DNA of 64,000 nucleotides from a candidate division WWE3 bacterium (GTDB lineage: Bacteria > Patescibacteriota > WWE3 > UBA101185 > UBA10185), in assembly GCA_012798115.1 (NCBI GenBank), contig JAAZNV010000009.1:10156-74155 (forward strand), written 5' to 3'. Below the pieces are notes generated by a model that ran no database searches, had not been told where the DNA came from, and was given only the letters and a program-made list of their open reading frames with translations. Position 1 is the first letter of the stretch. Each line of letters opens with the position of its first letter. The position numbers were made by a program, and so were the translations under genes. This document shows positions 18,864 to 27,801 of this stretch, piece by piece.

Positions 18864-20195
18864 CTAATTGGTTGAAGAAGCTTTCTTAGCACCAATTAAA
18901 GTTTCTTTGCAAGCTTTCAAAGCTTCTTCTGAAGTTAATTTCTTTTCTATACCACCTTCACCAAGAACTGCATTAACAGCAGTCTTTAAAGCTTCTACTT
19001 GTAGAGTATTTCCAACTCTTCCAGTAAAGTAGCCACTCTTAGCAAATGGTGCTGTATCTAGTACTGGTTTTATGTATTTGGATGCAGATCCTGATGCGGC
19101 TTGAGAGCTTAAAGCCACGCTACTAAAAGGCGCACCATAAGCTCTGTACTTTGAAGCTTCATTAAATATTGCTAACTGTTGTTCATCTTGAGTTAAAAAG
19201 TTTATTAAATCCCATGCTGCTTCTTGGTTCTCGCTACTTTTTGGAACGGCATACATCCAAAAATTGGCCCAAGAGGTAGGTGAATCAGCAACAGCTTGAG
19301 GAACTTGAGCAACCCCAATATCCATTGTTGGATTAGCTCTAATAATATCAAGTAAGTTCCATGTTGGAACAAAAATCATAGAAACTTTACCTTGAGAGAA
19401 TGCTTTGGTGGCCTCTGGAAAATTCTTATCCCATACCTTATCTTCAGTTACAAACATTGTATAGAAAGAAAGAGCATCTTGAGCAGCTTTTGTGTCTAAA
19501 TCACTCGGGATATTAATACCTGCCTGAGAAAACATCAAACCAAGTATATCTGCAAAGAAATCAATATTATCTGCAGTACCTATTGCAGCACCTGCTCTAA
19601 CAAACTCTCCATTTTCAGTCTTTACTGTCAAAGCAAGAGCTAACCTCCTAAACTCTTCCCAAGCTGTAGGAGGTGTAGTTTGATCTATTTCATCAAAATG
19701 TTGTTTATTATATACAAGAGCAATACCATCATAATAAACAGGAACTGCAAGAATCTTTCCATCTATTACAGCACTTTGAGAAGATACTGGATAAAAAGTT
19801 TGGTTATACTTTTCTACTGTCATTAACGAAGAAGGCATAGGTGATAAAAAATCTTTTATTTCAGGAATCCAACTATTATGAACAACAACTACATCGGGGG
19901 ATCCTGCTTGTTTTATTCTATTTAAGACTGTCTCTTTATATAAAGAAGATCCTACCACAGACCTATCATCATAAGTAATAGTAGTTGTAGGGCTTTTTTC
20001 CTTATACTTTTTAAGTAATGTATCCATAACCTCAGGGCTTTCCCACAATCCCCACATAGTAATTGATGCAGGTTTAGATACTACTTTCTTTCCTCCAAAT
20101 AAACTCCCAATAACAGGAAGGTCTTTAAGAGTGCAAGCTGTTAAAAGAAAAGGCAATACTAAAAGCAGGATGGCAGTAATTTTTTTGTTTTTCAT
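18864..20195 (-). CDS. Lipoprotein; ABC-transporter extracellular solute-binding protein (family-1-like), orphan
   Basis: Lipobox LLTAC after a signal peptide; 443-aa SBP-like fold. No permease or ATPase genes adjacent. Confidence 0.55.
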   Translation of the reverse strand: MKNKKITAILLLVLPFLLTACTLKDLPVIGSLFGGKKVVSKPASITMWGLWESPEVMDTLLKKYKEKSPTTTITYDDRSVVGSSLYKETVLNRIKQAGSPDVVVVHNSWIPEIKDFLSPMPSSLMTVEKYNQTFYPVSSQSAVIDGKILAVPVYYDGIALVYNKQHFDEIDQTTPPTAWEEFRRLALALTVKTENGEFVRAGAAIGTADNIDFFADILGLMFSQAGINIPSDLDTKAAQDALSFYTMFVTEDKVWDKNFPEATKAFSQGKVSMIFVPTWNLLDIIRANPTMDIGVAQVPQAVADSPTSWANFWMYAVPKSSENQEAAWDLINFLTQDEQQLAIFNEASKYRAYGAPFSSVALSSQAASGSASKYIKPVLDTAPFAKSGYFTGRVGNTLQVEALKTAVNAVLGEGGIEKKLTSEEALKACKETLIGAKKASSTN

Positions 20196-20283
20196 CCTTT
20201 TTATTATATATATACTAAAAGTTAAAATCCAGAAGACAAAATGTTATTAACATTAAATTACTCGACTACTAATATTTTTTAGT

Positions 20284-21591
20284 TTATTGAATAGATAATC
20301 CAATGATGATCCAAAACATAAGAAGGGTTTGATGCATAGTAAAGAAATAATGATCCAAACTACACAATAGAATTATTTGACTAAATGAAATTAAAAATAC
20401 ATAAAAGTAACTTGAATTCACTAATTTCTTGGAAACAAAAAGAAGAAACAGGATGAAAAACACAAAGGAAAATATACCACTTTCTGCTGCTACTAAAGCA
20501 AAAACATTATGTACCGGCTGAGTAAACCTAATGTCTTTGGATTTGAGCATATAGTCATCAATATGTACAGCCAAATTGTTTAAACCTACTCCAAACAATG
20601 GATATTCTTTAAATATTTTATAAGAAGAGGAAAGTAAACTAGATCTCCTATATAAAGAGGGGTGTGTAGACCTTGATATACATGGGAAAAGAGGAACAAC
20701 AAGCATACTTAAGGAAAAAAGAAGAGTTAGCAATAAGATTTTTATTTTCTTCTTGTGGTTACTAAAATATTTTAATTCTTCAGATGTATCAAACGTAGAC
20801 GGTAGTAAAAGGAAGAAATGAACAATTAGACCAAATAAAAACACCAACCATGATGAGTAGCTAAATGTACAGAATAAAGCTGATAGACCAATTATAAAAG
20901 AATATATATAAAATCTGTTTCTTTTAAGAAATGAAAATATTAGTATCAAAGATACCGTTAAGAAACCACCAAATGTATTAGGATGTCTAAATAATCCATA
21001 GGAAGGTATTACTAATTTTCCAAGTAAAGATTCTTTAGCAATTCCCCAAGTAGATGCAGTGTAAGGTTGCTCACCAAAAAATAAGTAATTGTTGAAAATA
21101 GAACCTTTGTTTAAATATTGAAGAACACCTAATATACTCACAAGAAAGACAGATATGGATAAAGCATCTAAAAACTTAAAGAAAAAATATTCAACTTTGA
21201 TTTCAACAAATGTATATAAAAATATGCAGAAATAAAGAAATAATCTAAACCAAAAATATATGGAAGGAATAAACCTAGAAGAAGAAAGAACAGAAAACAA
21301 CGTAGAAAAAACAAAAAGAAGAGAGAATTGTATTTCTTTCCTTGCTAGTAAATCTTTCCAGTTTATCTTCTTAATATCTCCGCTAAAGAGCCATAATATA
21401 ACTATTAAAAAAGCTAATATATCTTGAATATATACAGTAGGAATTAAATAATCTATGAGGACCCCTCCAAAGTACGAGCTAGAAACTAAAAAATGTTTTC
21501 CTAAGTTTAAAGGAATAAGAAAAACTAATACTAGGAAAAGTTTTTGAGATAAAGATAACAAATTTATTTTAGGTATTTTCATATACTTCAA
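20284..21591 (-). CDS. Polytopic (10 or more TM) membrane protein, O-antigen ligase/Wzy-like (tentative)
   Basis: Highly hydrophobic F/L-rich protein with many TM helices and one larger loop; architecture only. Confidence 0.3.
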   Translation of the reverse strand: MKYMKIPKINLLSLSQKLFLVLVFLIPLNLGKHFLVSSSYFGGVLIDYLIPTVYIQDILAFLIVILWLFSGDIKKINWKDLLARKEIQFSLLFVFSTLFSVLSSSRFIPSIYFWFRLFLYFCIFLYTFVEIKVEYFFFKFLDALSISVFLVSILGVLQYLNKGSIFNNYLFFGEQPYTASTWGIAKESLLGKLVIPSYGLFRHPNTFGGFLTVSLILIFSFLKRNRFYIYSFIIGLSALFCTFSYSSWLVFLFGLIVHFFLLLPSTFDTSEELKYFSNHKKKIKILLLTLLFSLSMLVVPLFPCISRSTHPSLYRRSSLLSSSYKIFKEYPLFGVGLNNLAVHIDDYMLKSKDIRFTQPVHNVFALVAAESGIFSFVFFILFLLFVSKKLVNSSYFYVFLISFSQIILLCSLDHYFFTMHQTLLMFWIIIGLSIQ

Positions 21592-22011
21592 GATATAGTG
21601 GTTCTTATTTACGATTTAACAGTGGGCAATGAACTATTTAATAAAGAGATAATTTATATTTATAATATAGCATTAATTTCTTACTATTAAATGTTTGTTT
21701 TCCACATTGGCATTCAATATATTTGAGTATATATAATACGTAGTACTAGATATAGGAGGTGTGGATATGTGCATTAACTGATTAATTGCTCTTGCTTAAA
21801 CTTATACGTAAATCAAGCATTGAAGACAACTTTTTTTGTTATTAATCCAACTAATAGTCACAACTAAACACCTAATTTCCTTTAGCTACCTTCTGTAACA
21901 TCTGTTGATAAAGCTATGTTTAATGTGCAAAACATTGTGGATAAATACCTTAGTTTATCAACACTTGTGATGCGGCGTTAACTTTCCCACATCTTAGTTT
22001 ATTTGCATACA
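21592..22011. promoter_or_regulatory. Candidate chromosomal replication origin (oriC): AT-rich spacer with multiple DnaA boxes downstream of dnaA
   Basis: Perfect TTATCCACA (as TGTGGATAA) at 21936-21944. 1-mismatch boxes at 21903-21911, 21955-21963, 21760-21768 and 21698-21706. Very AT-rich stretch 21641-21695 as a possible unwinding element. The largest non-coding gap in the window. Confidence 0.5.
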
Positions 22012-23415
22012 TTAGTTGTTAAATATGATTTGTTTAACATTTACTATATCTTGAGTAGTTTTTCCTGTTTGAGCCATTTCAGCTTGAATTTTTCCTACCC
22101 CATGCATAACAGTAGTATGGTCTCTTCCTCCTAGGAATTCTCCAATTGTCATAAATGGCATGTCTGTAATTTCTTTCATTAAGTACATAGCAACTTGTCT
22201 TGGTATCACAAGCTCTTTATTTCTCCTTTTTCCTTTTAAGTCTTGGGCTTTTACAGAATAATAAAGGCAAACTGCTTTTAATATTTCATTAACATTGACG
22301 TTTTTCACTGCCTTTTCTCTTATTGTTTGACCAAGGGCTTTTGCTGCTAGATCAACGTTTAATTCCAAACCATTTGCTTTAGCATATGTAACTGCTTGTA
22401 AATAAGCTCCTTCTAGCTCTCTAATGTTTGAGTCAACTTTTTCTGCTATGTAGTTTATGACCTCATTTGGTACAAAATCCTTATTTTCATCTCTTTTTGC
22501 TCGTAGTATTGCTGCTCTCATTTCCATGTCTGGGTTTTGAATATCTGCAATTATTCCACTAGAAAACCTTGATGTTATTCTTTCTTCTAAATTAGTAAAA
22601 TCTTTTGGTGGCCTATCCGATGTAATAACAATTTGTTTCCCAGCCATGTACAAAGTATTAAACGTGTGAAAAAACTCTTCTTGAGTTGCTTCTCTCCCGA
22701 TAATGAACTGAACATCGTCTATTAGAAGAACATCTGCTTTTCTAAACTTTTCTCTAAATTGATTAGTAGTATATTGACCTTTTCCTTTTCCACTTTGTAT
22801 TGCTTCAATAAGCTCGTTAGTGAAGGCCTCTCCAGTTGTGTAAACAACTCTTACTCCTGGTTTTGATTCTATTACCTTATTTCCTATAGCTTGAATTAAA
22901 TGAGTTTTTCCAAGCCCAACTCTTGAATAAATGAAAACAGGATTGTATAACTCACCTGGTTTTTCAGCTACAGCAGTTGCTATTGCATATGCAAGGTTAT
23001 TGTTTTTTCCTATGATGTAGTTTTCAAATGTAAATTTAGAACTAAGATTAGACTTCTGCCTCTTTTCTTCCACCACAACACTTGGGTCTCTTTGTGATGA
23101 AAACAATGGTCCTAATTCGCCTTTTCCTTCCTTATCCATCCTACCATTCTTATCTGTGCTAACTTTTAGCTTAGTTTTTAAGTCTCTTCCAGCAGTATTT
23201 CTGATTGCTTTCTCTACGATATCTAGATACTTTTTTTCTAGATTTTTCTTAACGAAATCATCCTCACATGTTATTACAACTAAATTATCGTTTAAAGATT
23301 CTGCTTGAGTGCGAGCAATAACTGATTTGTATACCATGGGAGATATTTCTATCTCCACTTGCCCAAGAACCGTTTTCCAGAACCCTTTTAAGCTGTCAAA
23401 AGACTCAATATTCAT
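22012..23415 (-). CDS. dnaA: Chromosomal replication initiator DnaA
   Basis: Walker A GLGKTHL, AAA+ core, C-terminal DNA-binding helix-turn-helix (KELVIPRQVAMYLMKEITD...TIGEFLGGRDHTTVMHG). Confidence 0.95.
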   Translation of the reverse strand: MNIESFDSLKGFWKTVLGQVEIEISPMVYKSVIARTQAESLNDNLVVITCEDDFVKKNLEKKYLDIVEKAIRNTAGRDLKTKLKVSTDKNGRMDKEGKGELGPLFSSQRDPSVVVEEKRQKSNLSSKFTFENYIIGKNNNLAYAIATAVAEKPGELYNPVFIYSRVGLGKTHLIQAIGNKVIESKPGVRVVYTTGEAFTNELIEAIQSGKGKGQYTTNQFREKFRKADVLLIDDVQFIIGREATQEEFFHTFNTLYMAGKQIVITSDRPPKDFTNLEERITSRFSSGIIADIQNPDMEMRAAILRAKRDENKDFVPNEVINYIAEKVDSNIRELEGAYLQAVTYAKANGLELNVDLAAKALGQTIREKAVKNVNVNEILKAVCLYYSVKAQDLKGKRRNKELVIPRQVAMYLMKEITDMPFMTIGEFLGGRDHTTVMHGVGKIQAEMAQTGKTTQDIVNVKQIIFNN

Positions 23416-23462
23416 AGTTTATATGGGAAGGAACTACTTAACGTTAGTGTAAGATATATTAG

Positions 23463-23471
23463 TTATCCACA
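23463..23471 (+). promoter_or_regulatory. Perfect DnaA box (TTATCCACA) in the dnaA upstream region; likely autoregulatory site or oriC element
   Basis: Exact 9-mer consensus 45 nt upstream of the dnaA start. A second weaker box (AATCCACA on the reverse strand) lies at 23484-23491. Confidence 0.5.
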
Positions 23472-23505
23472 ATTATCAAGCAATGTGGATTGTTAAATTA
23501 GATTC

Positions 23506-24327
23506 TTAGAGTGCTTTTTCTTGATCCCTTTGAGCTTTATTACCTTTTTTCCTCATAAGCTCTGTGTAGTCTTCTTCTAAGTTCCCAGGTAGTGGAGAAA
23601 AATCTTCAAAATGATAAATTATTCCTTTTCTAAACAAATATTTAGGAGTCTTTCTATCCCAAATAACTATAGTGTCCACCTTTGCTCTTATAGATGATTC
23701 AACGCCCACAGGAGAATCTTCAAAAGCTAAGACTTCCTTAGGCTTTAGTTTAAAGGATTTTAGTGCCTTTCTGTATATTTCAGGACTTGGTTTTATTCTT
23801 TTTACTTCATCACCGCATATTATTAAGTCAAAAGCATCTTTAATATCAAGTTTATTAATTACAACATCTGCAATAGATCTTTTAGTGTTTGTTAAAAGGG
23901 CTAGTTTACAAGACTTCTTTTCTTTTAATTCATAAATCAAATCCCAAAATCCTTCTGTAGGTTCTATTTTTGAATTGTTTATTATGTTTATATATGCTTT
24001 CTCTGTTAAATCAATTAATTCATCTAGTGGTTCCTTTACTGCATGACCATACGTGGCTTTTATTACTTTCCATGATTCTGAAATAGGGTAGCCATATAAT
24101 TTGTAATCCCTTGCGTTTATATAGCTTACTTCAATATCATCCAATACTTTTTGAATAGCATTAGTCATCAATTCTTCTGTTTCTTTTACTACTGTTCCAT
24201 CTAAGTCAAAAAATACTGCTTTTTTTCCTTCAAATAATTTTTTATACATACTGTTTCTTAATTTTATATTTAAATGCTTATTATTTCTAGTGATTTTAAT
24301 ACTTACGTATTTGAGATATAACATCAT
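23506..24327 (-). CDS. HAD-superfamily hydrolase (phosphatase/beta-phosphoglucomutase-like)
   Basis: Motif I FFDLDGTVV plus downstream HAD motifs (LLTNT..., ...FEDS). Confidence 0.7.
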   Translation of the reverse strand: MMLYLKYVSIKITRNNKHLNIKLRNSMYKKLFEGKKAVFFDLDGTVVKETEELMTNAIQKVLDDIEVSYINARDYKLYGYPISESWKVIKATYGHAVKEPLDELIDLTEKAYINIINNSKIEPTEGFWDLIYELKEKKSCKLALLTNTKRSIADVVINKLDIKDAFDLIICGDEVKRIKPSPEIYRKALKSFKLKPKEVLAFEDSPVGVESSIRAKVDTIVIWDRKTPKYLFRKGIIYHFEDFSPLPGNLEEDYTELMRKKGNKAQRDQEKAL

Positions 24328-24346
24328 TTTTTGTTAGTATTTTAGT

Positions 24347-24571
24347 ATGGAAGAAAAAGAGTTTGAAGAAAGTAAAAATATTAAATTTAAATGTCCTAAT
24401 TGTGGCTCTCTGCAGAGGGATGATGTAGTCTTTTTATGCAATAAATGCAATCAATCGGAAATGTTGTATAAGGATGGTGTTTATATGTGTCCTTCGTGCT
24501 TAAAGCCTGGAGAAAATTTCGAATGCTTGAGATGTGGCTCTAAAGAAGTAGTGATGAAGATAAAAGAGTAG
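24347..24571 (+). CDS. Small zinc-ribbon protein (four CxxC pairs)
   Basis: CPNCGS...CNKCNQ...CPSC...CLRCGS within 74 aa. Confidence 0.45.
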   Translation: MEEKEFEESKNIKFKCPNCGSLQRDDVVFLCNKCNQSEMLYKDGVYMCPSCLKPGENFECLRCGSKEVVMKIKE

Positions 24572-25015
24572 TTATTCTATTCCTTTATCATCGTAGTACA
24601 TTCTTAAAATATAAGCAGCTGCTAAATGGTCGTTTGTCTTTCTATGCTTCTCTGAAATTCCTAAATCTAATGCTTCCTCAAACGCTCTTGCTGAAGACCC
24701 ATACTCATTTTGAGTCTCAACAGGCCTTTTTGTGTTGGTTTTTAATATTTTTGCAAATCTTCTTATTTCAATAGACTCTGCAGTATCTTTTCCTTCCATT
24801 GTCAATGGCAGACCTAGAATAATGAGCTCTACTTTATTCTCAATAACTACCCTGTTTATTCTTATAAGAGCGTTGTTAGTGTTTTTAGCTGAAATTACTT
24901 CTAAAGGAGTAACTAACCCATTTCTCCCAAGTGCCAAGCCAATATTTGCTCTACCATAATCCACTCCAAGTATAGTAGCAGAATCGTATTTAATCTTTTT
25001 ACTATTCATTATCAT
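24572..25015 (-). CDS. ruvX: Putative pre-16S rRNA nuclease / Holliday-junction resolvase-like YqgF
   Basis: ILGVDYGRANIGLALG...ELIILGLP...AAAYILRMYYD; RuvX/YqgF blocks. Overlaps the upstream gene by 4 nt. Confidence 0.75.
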   Translation of the reverse strand: MIMNSKKIKYDSATILGVDYGRANIGLALGRNGLVTPLEVISAKNTNNALIRINRVVIENKVELIILGLPLTMEGKDTAESIEIRRFAKILKTNTKRPVETQNEYGSSARAFEEALDLGISEKHRKTNDHLAAAYILRMYYDDKGIE

Positions 25016-26565
25016 TCCTTCTCTATAGTAATTTGTATTCTGCTTATATCTTTGGGTATGTTTCTAAAAAATGGCACTGCTGGACTAAGACGAAACTCAT
25101 ATGAGTTAACGTTCTTAATTGATCCTAATAGACTCTGTGCTTCTGCTGCAGATTTTCCTCTAAGTTGGTTTTTAATATCTTCCTCATTAATATTAGGAAC
25201 AATAAAAGTTTTAAGAGTAACTTGAATGTCTGCTTCTTGTGAAGTTAAAACACTACTGGTAGAGCTTCCAAGTACCTCTACTTTAACTTCTCTGTCTTGT
25301 TCTGATAGTGCAAACCCTTCTGGTATTACATCTTTAACATATTCATCTATAAACTTATTTAGTTCACTTTCCATGTATGCTAAACCCTCTCCACTTACAG
25401 TTTGGGTGAGAGATATTTTTTCTGCTTCATCCCCAATATTTTTGGTAAAACTATCTTTAATTATTTGAACTTGAGTTGAGCCTGCAACTAGCTTTTGTCC
25501 AATACCCAACTTACTCTTGATGTCCTCCTCAGCCTTTTTTGTACTAACCAGTTTCAGCTCAGTAGATATATTGTTTCTATCATCTGATGTAACTATTTTT
25601 ACTTCCTCACTCTTTCCACCATCTATATCACTTTTGGTCTTTGCAGCAAGTTCACTCTTTTTATATCCAGAAACTTCAAGTGATTTTCCATCATCTATAT
25701 TAAAAGATTCCCCAACACTAGAAGCAATGATGTCCACAGTTGCTTCTCCTGCAATATTGACCTCAGGATTAGAAGAATTTTCTGTGCTAGCTGGAATATC
25801 AACATCGTCTTTAAGATAATAATTCAAGTCTGTTGATTTTCCTTCGTAAACAACCTTATCTCCTTTATCAAGACTTATTTCTTTGGATGTTTTATTGTAC
25901 AAGGTTATCTCTCCTTCAGCCTTTTCCCCAACTGTTTTTGTGCCAGTAGTATCCTTTTCTAAGGTTGACTCTATATTCGTTGCTATAGTAGTTCCTCTAA
26001 GAACCTTGTTTTGTACGCTTGTTGAAGCACTATTTTTAACTTTTATAGTTACACTTTTTGTTAATGCTTGTGAGTGAACAGATATTTTTACACTTGCTTT
26101 TGGGGCCTTTAAACCATAGAAAATGAAACTAGCAAGTAAAGTAAGTAATATAAGAACTGGAGTGAGCACCTTCTTCTTTCCACTTGTTAGTTTTCTTATA
26201 AAATTTAGCGGTGCAATATTAATCTTTTTAGATTTGAAAATATTCATGGGAAGAGTGATCACTTTTTGTTTTGATTGCTTTGCTGTAGCTTCTATTAATG
26301 TCTGGTCTTCTTCTATGTATGGTTGTTCGGGACCTCCTCCTATAACTGACGAAAGGAGGCTATTTCCTATTTCATCATCAGTTGCAAAATCAATACTTTT
26401 TTCCATCTTATCAGCTTCATACTGAATAAGCTTAATATTTAATGAGTTTTCAAATAAGACAGATTCTTTTGGGATGTTTACCTCGATATTTAAATCAGTA
26501 ATGCTTTTTATCTTGCTTATTGCGGTAACAACATCATCGTTGGGTTGTAAATATAGTTTAATCAT
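25012..26565 (-). CDS. Bitopic membrane protein: ~125-aa cytoplasmic N-domain, one TM, ~370-aa Ser/Thr/Lys/Glu-rich beta-rich extracytoplasmic domain; unknown function
   Basis: TM VLTPVLILLTLLASFIFYGL. No family recognised. Last-but-one gene of an operon with the actin-like and FtsK/HerA-like ATPase genes. Confidence 0.4.
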   Translation of the reverse strand: MIKLYLQPNDDVVTAISKIKSITDLNIEVNIPKESVLFENSLNIKLIQYEADKMEKSIDFATDDEIGNSLLSSVIGGGPEQPYIEEDQTLIEATAKQSKQKVITLPMNIFKSKKINIAPLNFIRKLTSGKKKVLTPVLILLTLLASFIFYGLKAPKASVKISVHSQALTKSVTIKVKNSASTSVQNKVLRGTTIATNIESTLEKDTTGTKTVGEKAEGEITLYNKTSKEISLDKGDKVVYEGKSTDLNYYLKDDVDIPASTENSSNPEVNIAGEATVDIIASSVGESFNIDDGKSLEVSGYKKSELAAKTKSDIDGGKSEEVKIVTSDDRNNISTELKLVSTKKAEEDIKSKLGIGQKLVAGSTQVQIIKDSFTKNIGDEAEKISLTQTVSGEGLAYMESELNKFIDEYVKDVIPEGFALSEQDREVKVEVLGSSTSSVLTSQEADIQVTLKTFIVPNINEEDIKNQLRGKSAAEAQSLLGSIKNVNSYEFRLSPAVPFFRNIPKDISRIQITIEKE

Positions 26566-26574
26566 ATATTTTAA

Positions 26575-27777
26575 CTAAATTCCTAGTATCTCCTTATAAA
26601 TAATAGACGCAGCTACTGTATACAACCAATCAGAACTTAATAACTCTCCTGTGGCATAAGATACTTTTGATAAATCAGATAAGGATAATTTGGCTATCTC
26701 TAGACTAGCTTTAAATGGAATTGTTTTAGTCCATGGTTCTTCTTTTAGAGCGTTTTCAATATCTGGTATTTCAGCTCCACATCCGGATAGAAATATTTTG
26801 TTTGAAAACATTTTTATTCCAGAAAAATCTTCAAATAGCAACTTAATTCCATCAATCCACAAGCTTGTTATTCCTTTCAAGCATTTCTCGACGGTTATCC
26901 TCTCACTTTCTGAAAGTTTTTCTTGGTTGTACATATTTAATACATTTTCAGCATCTTTTGGTGATAAACCCATGTTTAACCCCACTGCTTCTATGAAGTG
27001 TGTATGTCCAATATTTAGGGTTTTAGATGAAACTATGCCACCACCAAATACAACTCCTACATCAGTTGAGTCTTCTGCAATACTAATTAAGACAAAATCT
27101 AGAATGTTTTTTGGAGGGTTTTTAAACCATTCAACAACTGAATACATCTGAGATCCTAATGCAATTAATTCAAGGCCTGATTTTTTAATTATTCCTTGAA
27201 TGGATTTAACGTGAAAACTTGGAGCAAAAGAATTGTACACTGCAGCTTCAATTGTCTCCCCACGCTGGCCCTCAAGTATTGCTACATTTTGATTATCTAT
27301 TTTTAAATAAATGTCAGACGTTGTTATTGAATCTAGTTCTAAATCTGGATCTCCAGTGTTCTGAAGAACTTTGTTATGTGCTTGAATATATGAAGCTTCT
27401 GTAATTCTGGAGTAAAGTTCTTCCACCTCATCAGCCTTAATAGGATCTGTTGTTGCTCTTTTTAGTCTTACCGTTGTAGTAAGTCCTAGTGTAATTCCGC
27501 CATCAATAGCAATTATTGTTTTTCTTGTTTTATCCTCTAAATTTTCTGTTGCTTTACTAACAACCTCTTTTATTGCTTCGCTAACCCCTTCTTTATTAAT
27601 AACCATTCCATTCCTTACGTAACCTTTCTCTAGGTTCTTTTTTCCTGACCCAATTATTTTAAATAAATCCCCATCGAAAAAGAATGCAACACATCTAACA
27701 TCCTTAGCATTTACATTCAAAGATAAGAACTTATTTGTGTTGGTATCTACTTTTTCTAAAAAAGGCAGATTAAACAT
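26575..27777 (-). CDS. Actin-fold ATPase of the FtsA/PilM family
   Basis: N-terminal glycine-rich phosphate loop region and a GHTHFIEAVGLNMGLSPKDAENVL block resembling the FtsA/PilM GG...AE..K motif; 400 aa. No ftsZ nearby. Confidence 0.5.
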   Translation of the reverse strand: MFNLPFLEKVDTNTNKFLSLNVNAKDVRCVAFFFDGDLFKIIGSGKKNLEKGYVRNGMVINKEGVSEAIKEVVSKATENLEDKTRKTIIAIDGGITLGLTTTVRLKRATTDPIKADEVEELYSRITEASYIQAHNKVLQNTGDPDLELDSITTSDIYLKIDNQNVAILEGQRGETIEAAVYNSFAPSFHVKSIQGIIKKSGLELIALGSQMYSVVEWFKNPPKNILDFVLISIAEDSTDVGVVFGGGIVSSKTLNIGHTHFIEAVGLNMGLSPKDAENVLNMYNQEKLSESERITVEKCLKGITSLWIDGIKLLFEDFSGIKMFSNKIFLSGCGAEIPDIENALKEEPWTKTIPFKASLEIAKLSLSDLSKVSYATGELLSSDWLYTVAASIIYKEILGI

Positions 27778-27801
27778 TAGATTGATTATACAAATAGTAA
27801 G

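Noticed and set aside
21955-21963. Second CIRCE or DnaA-like palindromes elsewhere, and possible tRNA in the oriC spacer
   Set aside because: Only one-mismatch DnaA boxes are present, reported under the oriC feature. No cloverleaf-compatible sequence seen.
25226-27404. Ser/Thr/Leu-rich ORFs 25226-25468, 25517-25819, 25883-26077, 26123-26425, 26690-27151 and 27219-27404 on the + strand
   Set aside because: Antisense to the 517-aa and actin-like genes, with compositional-artefact translations.
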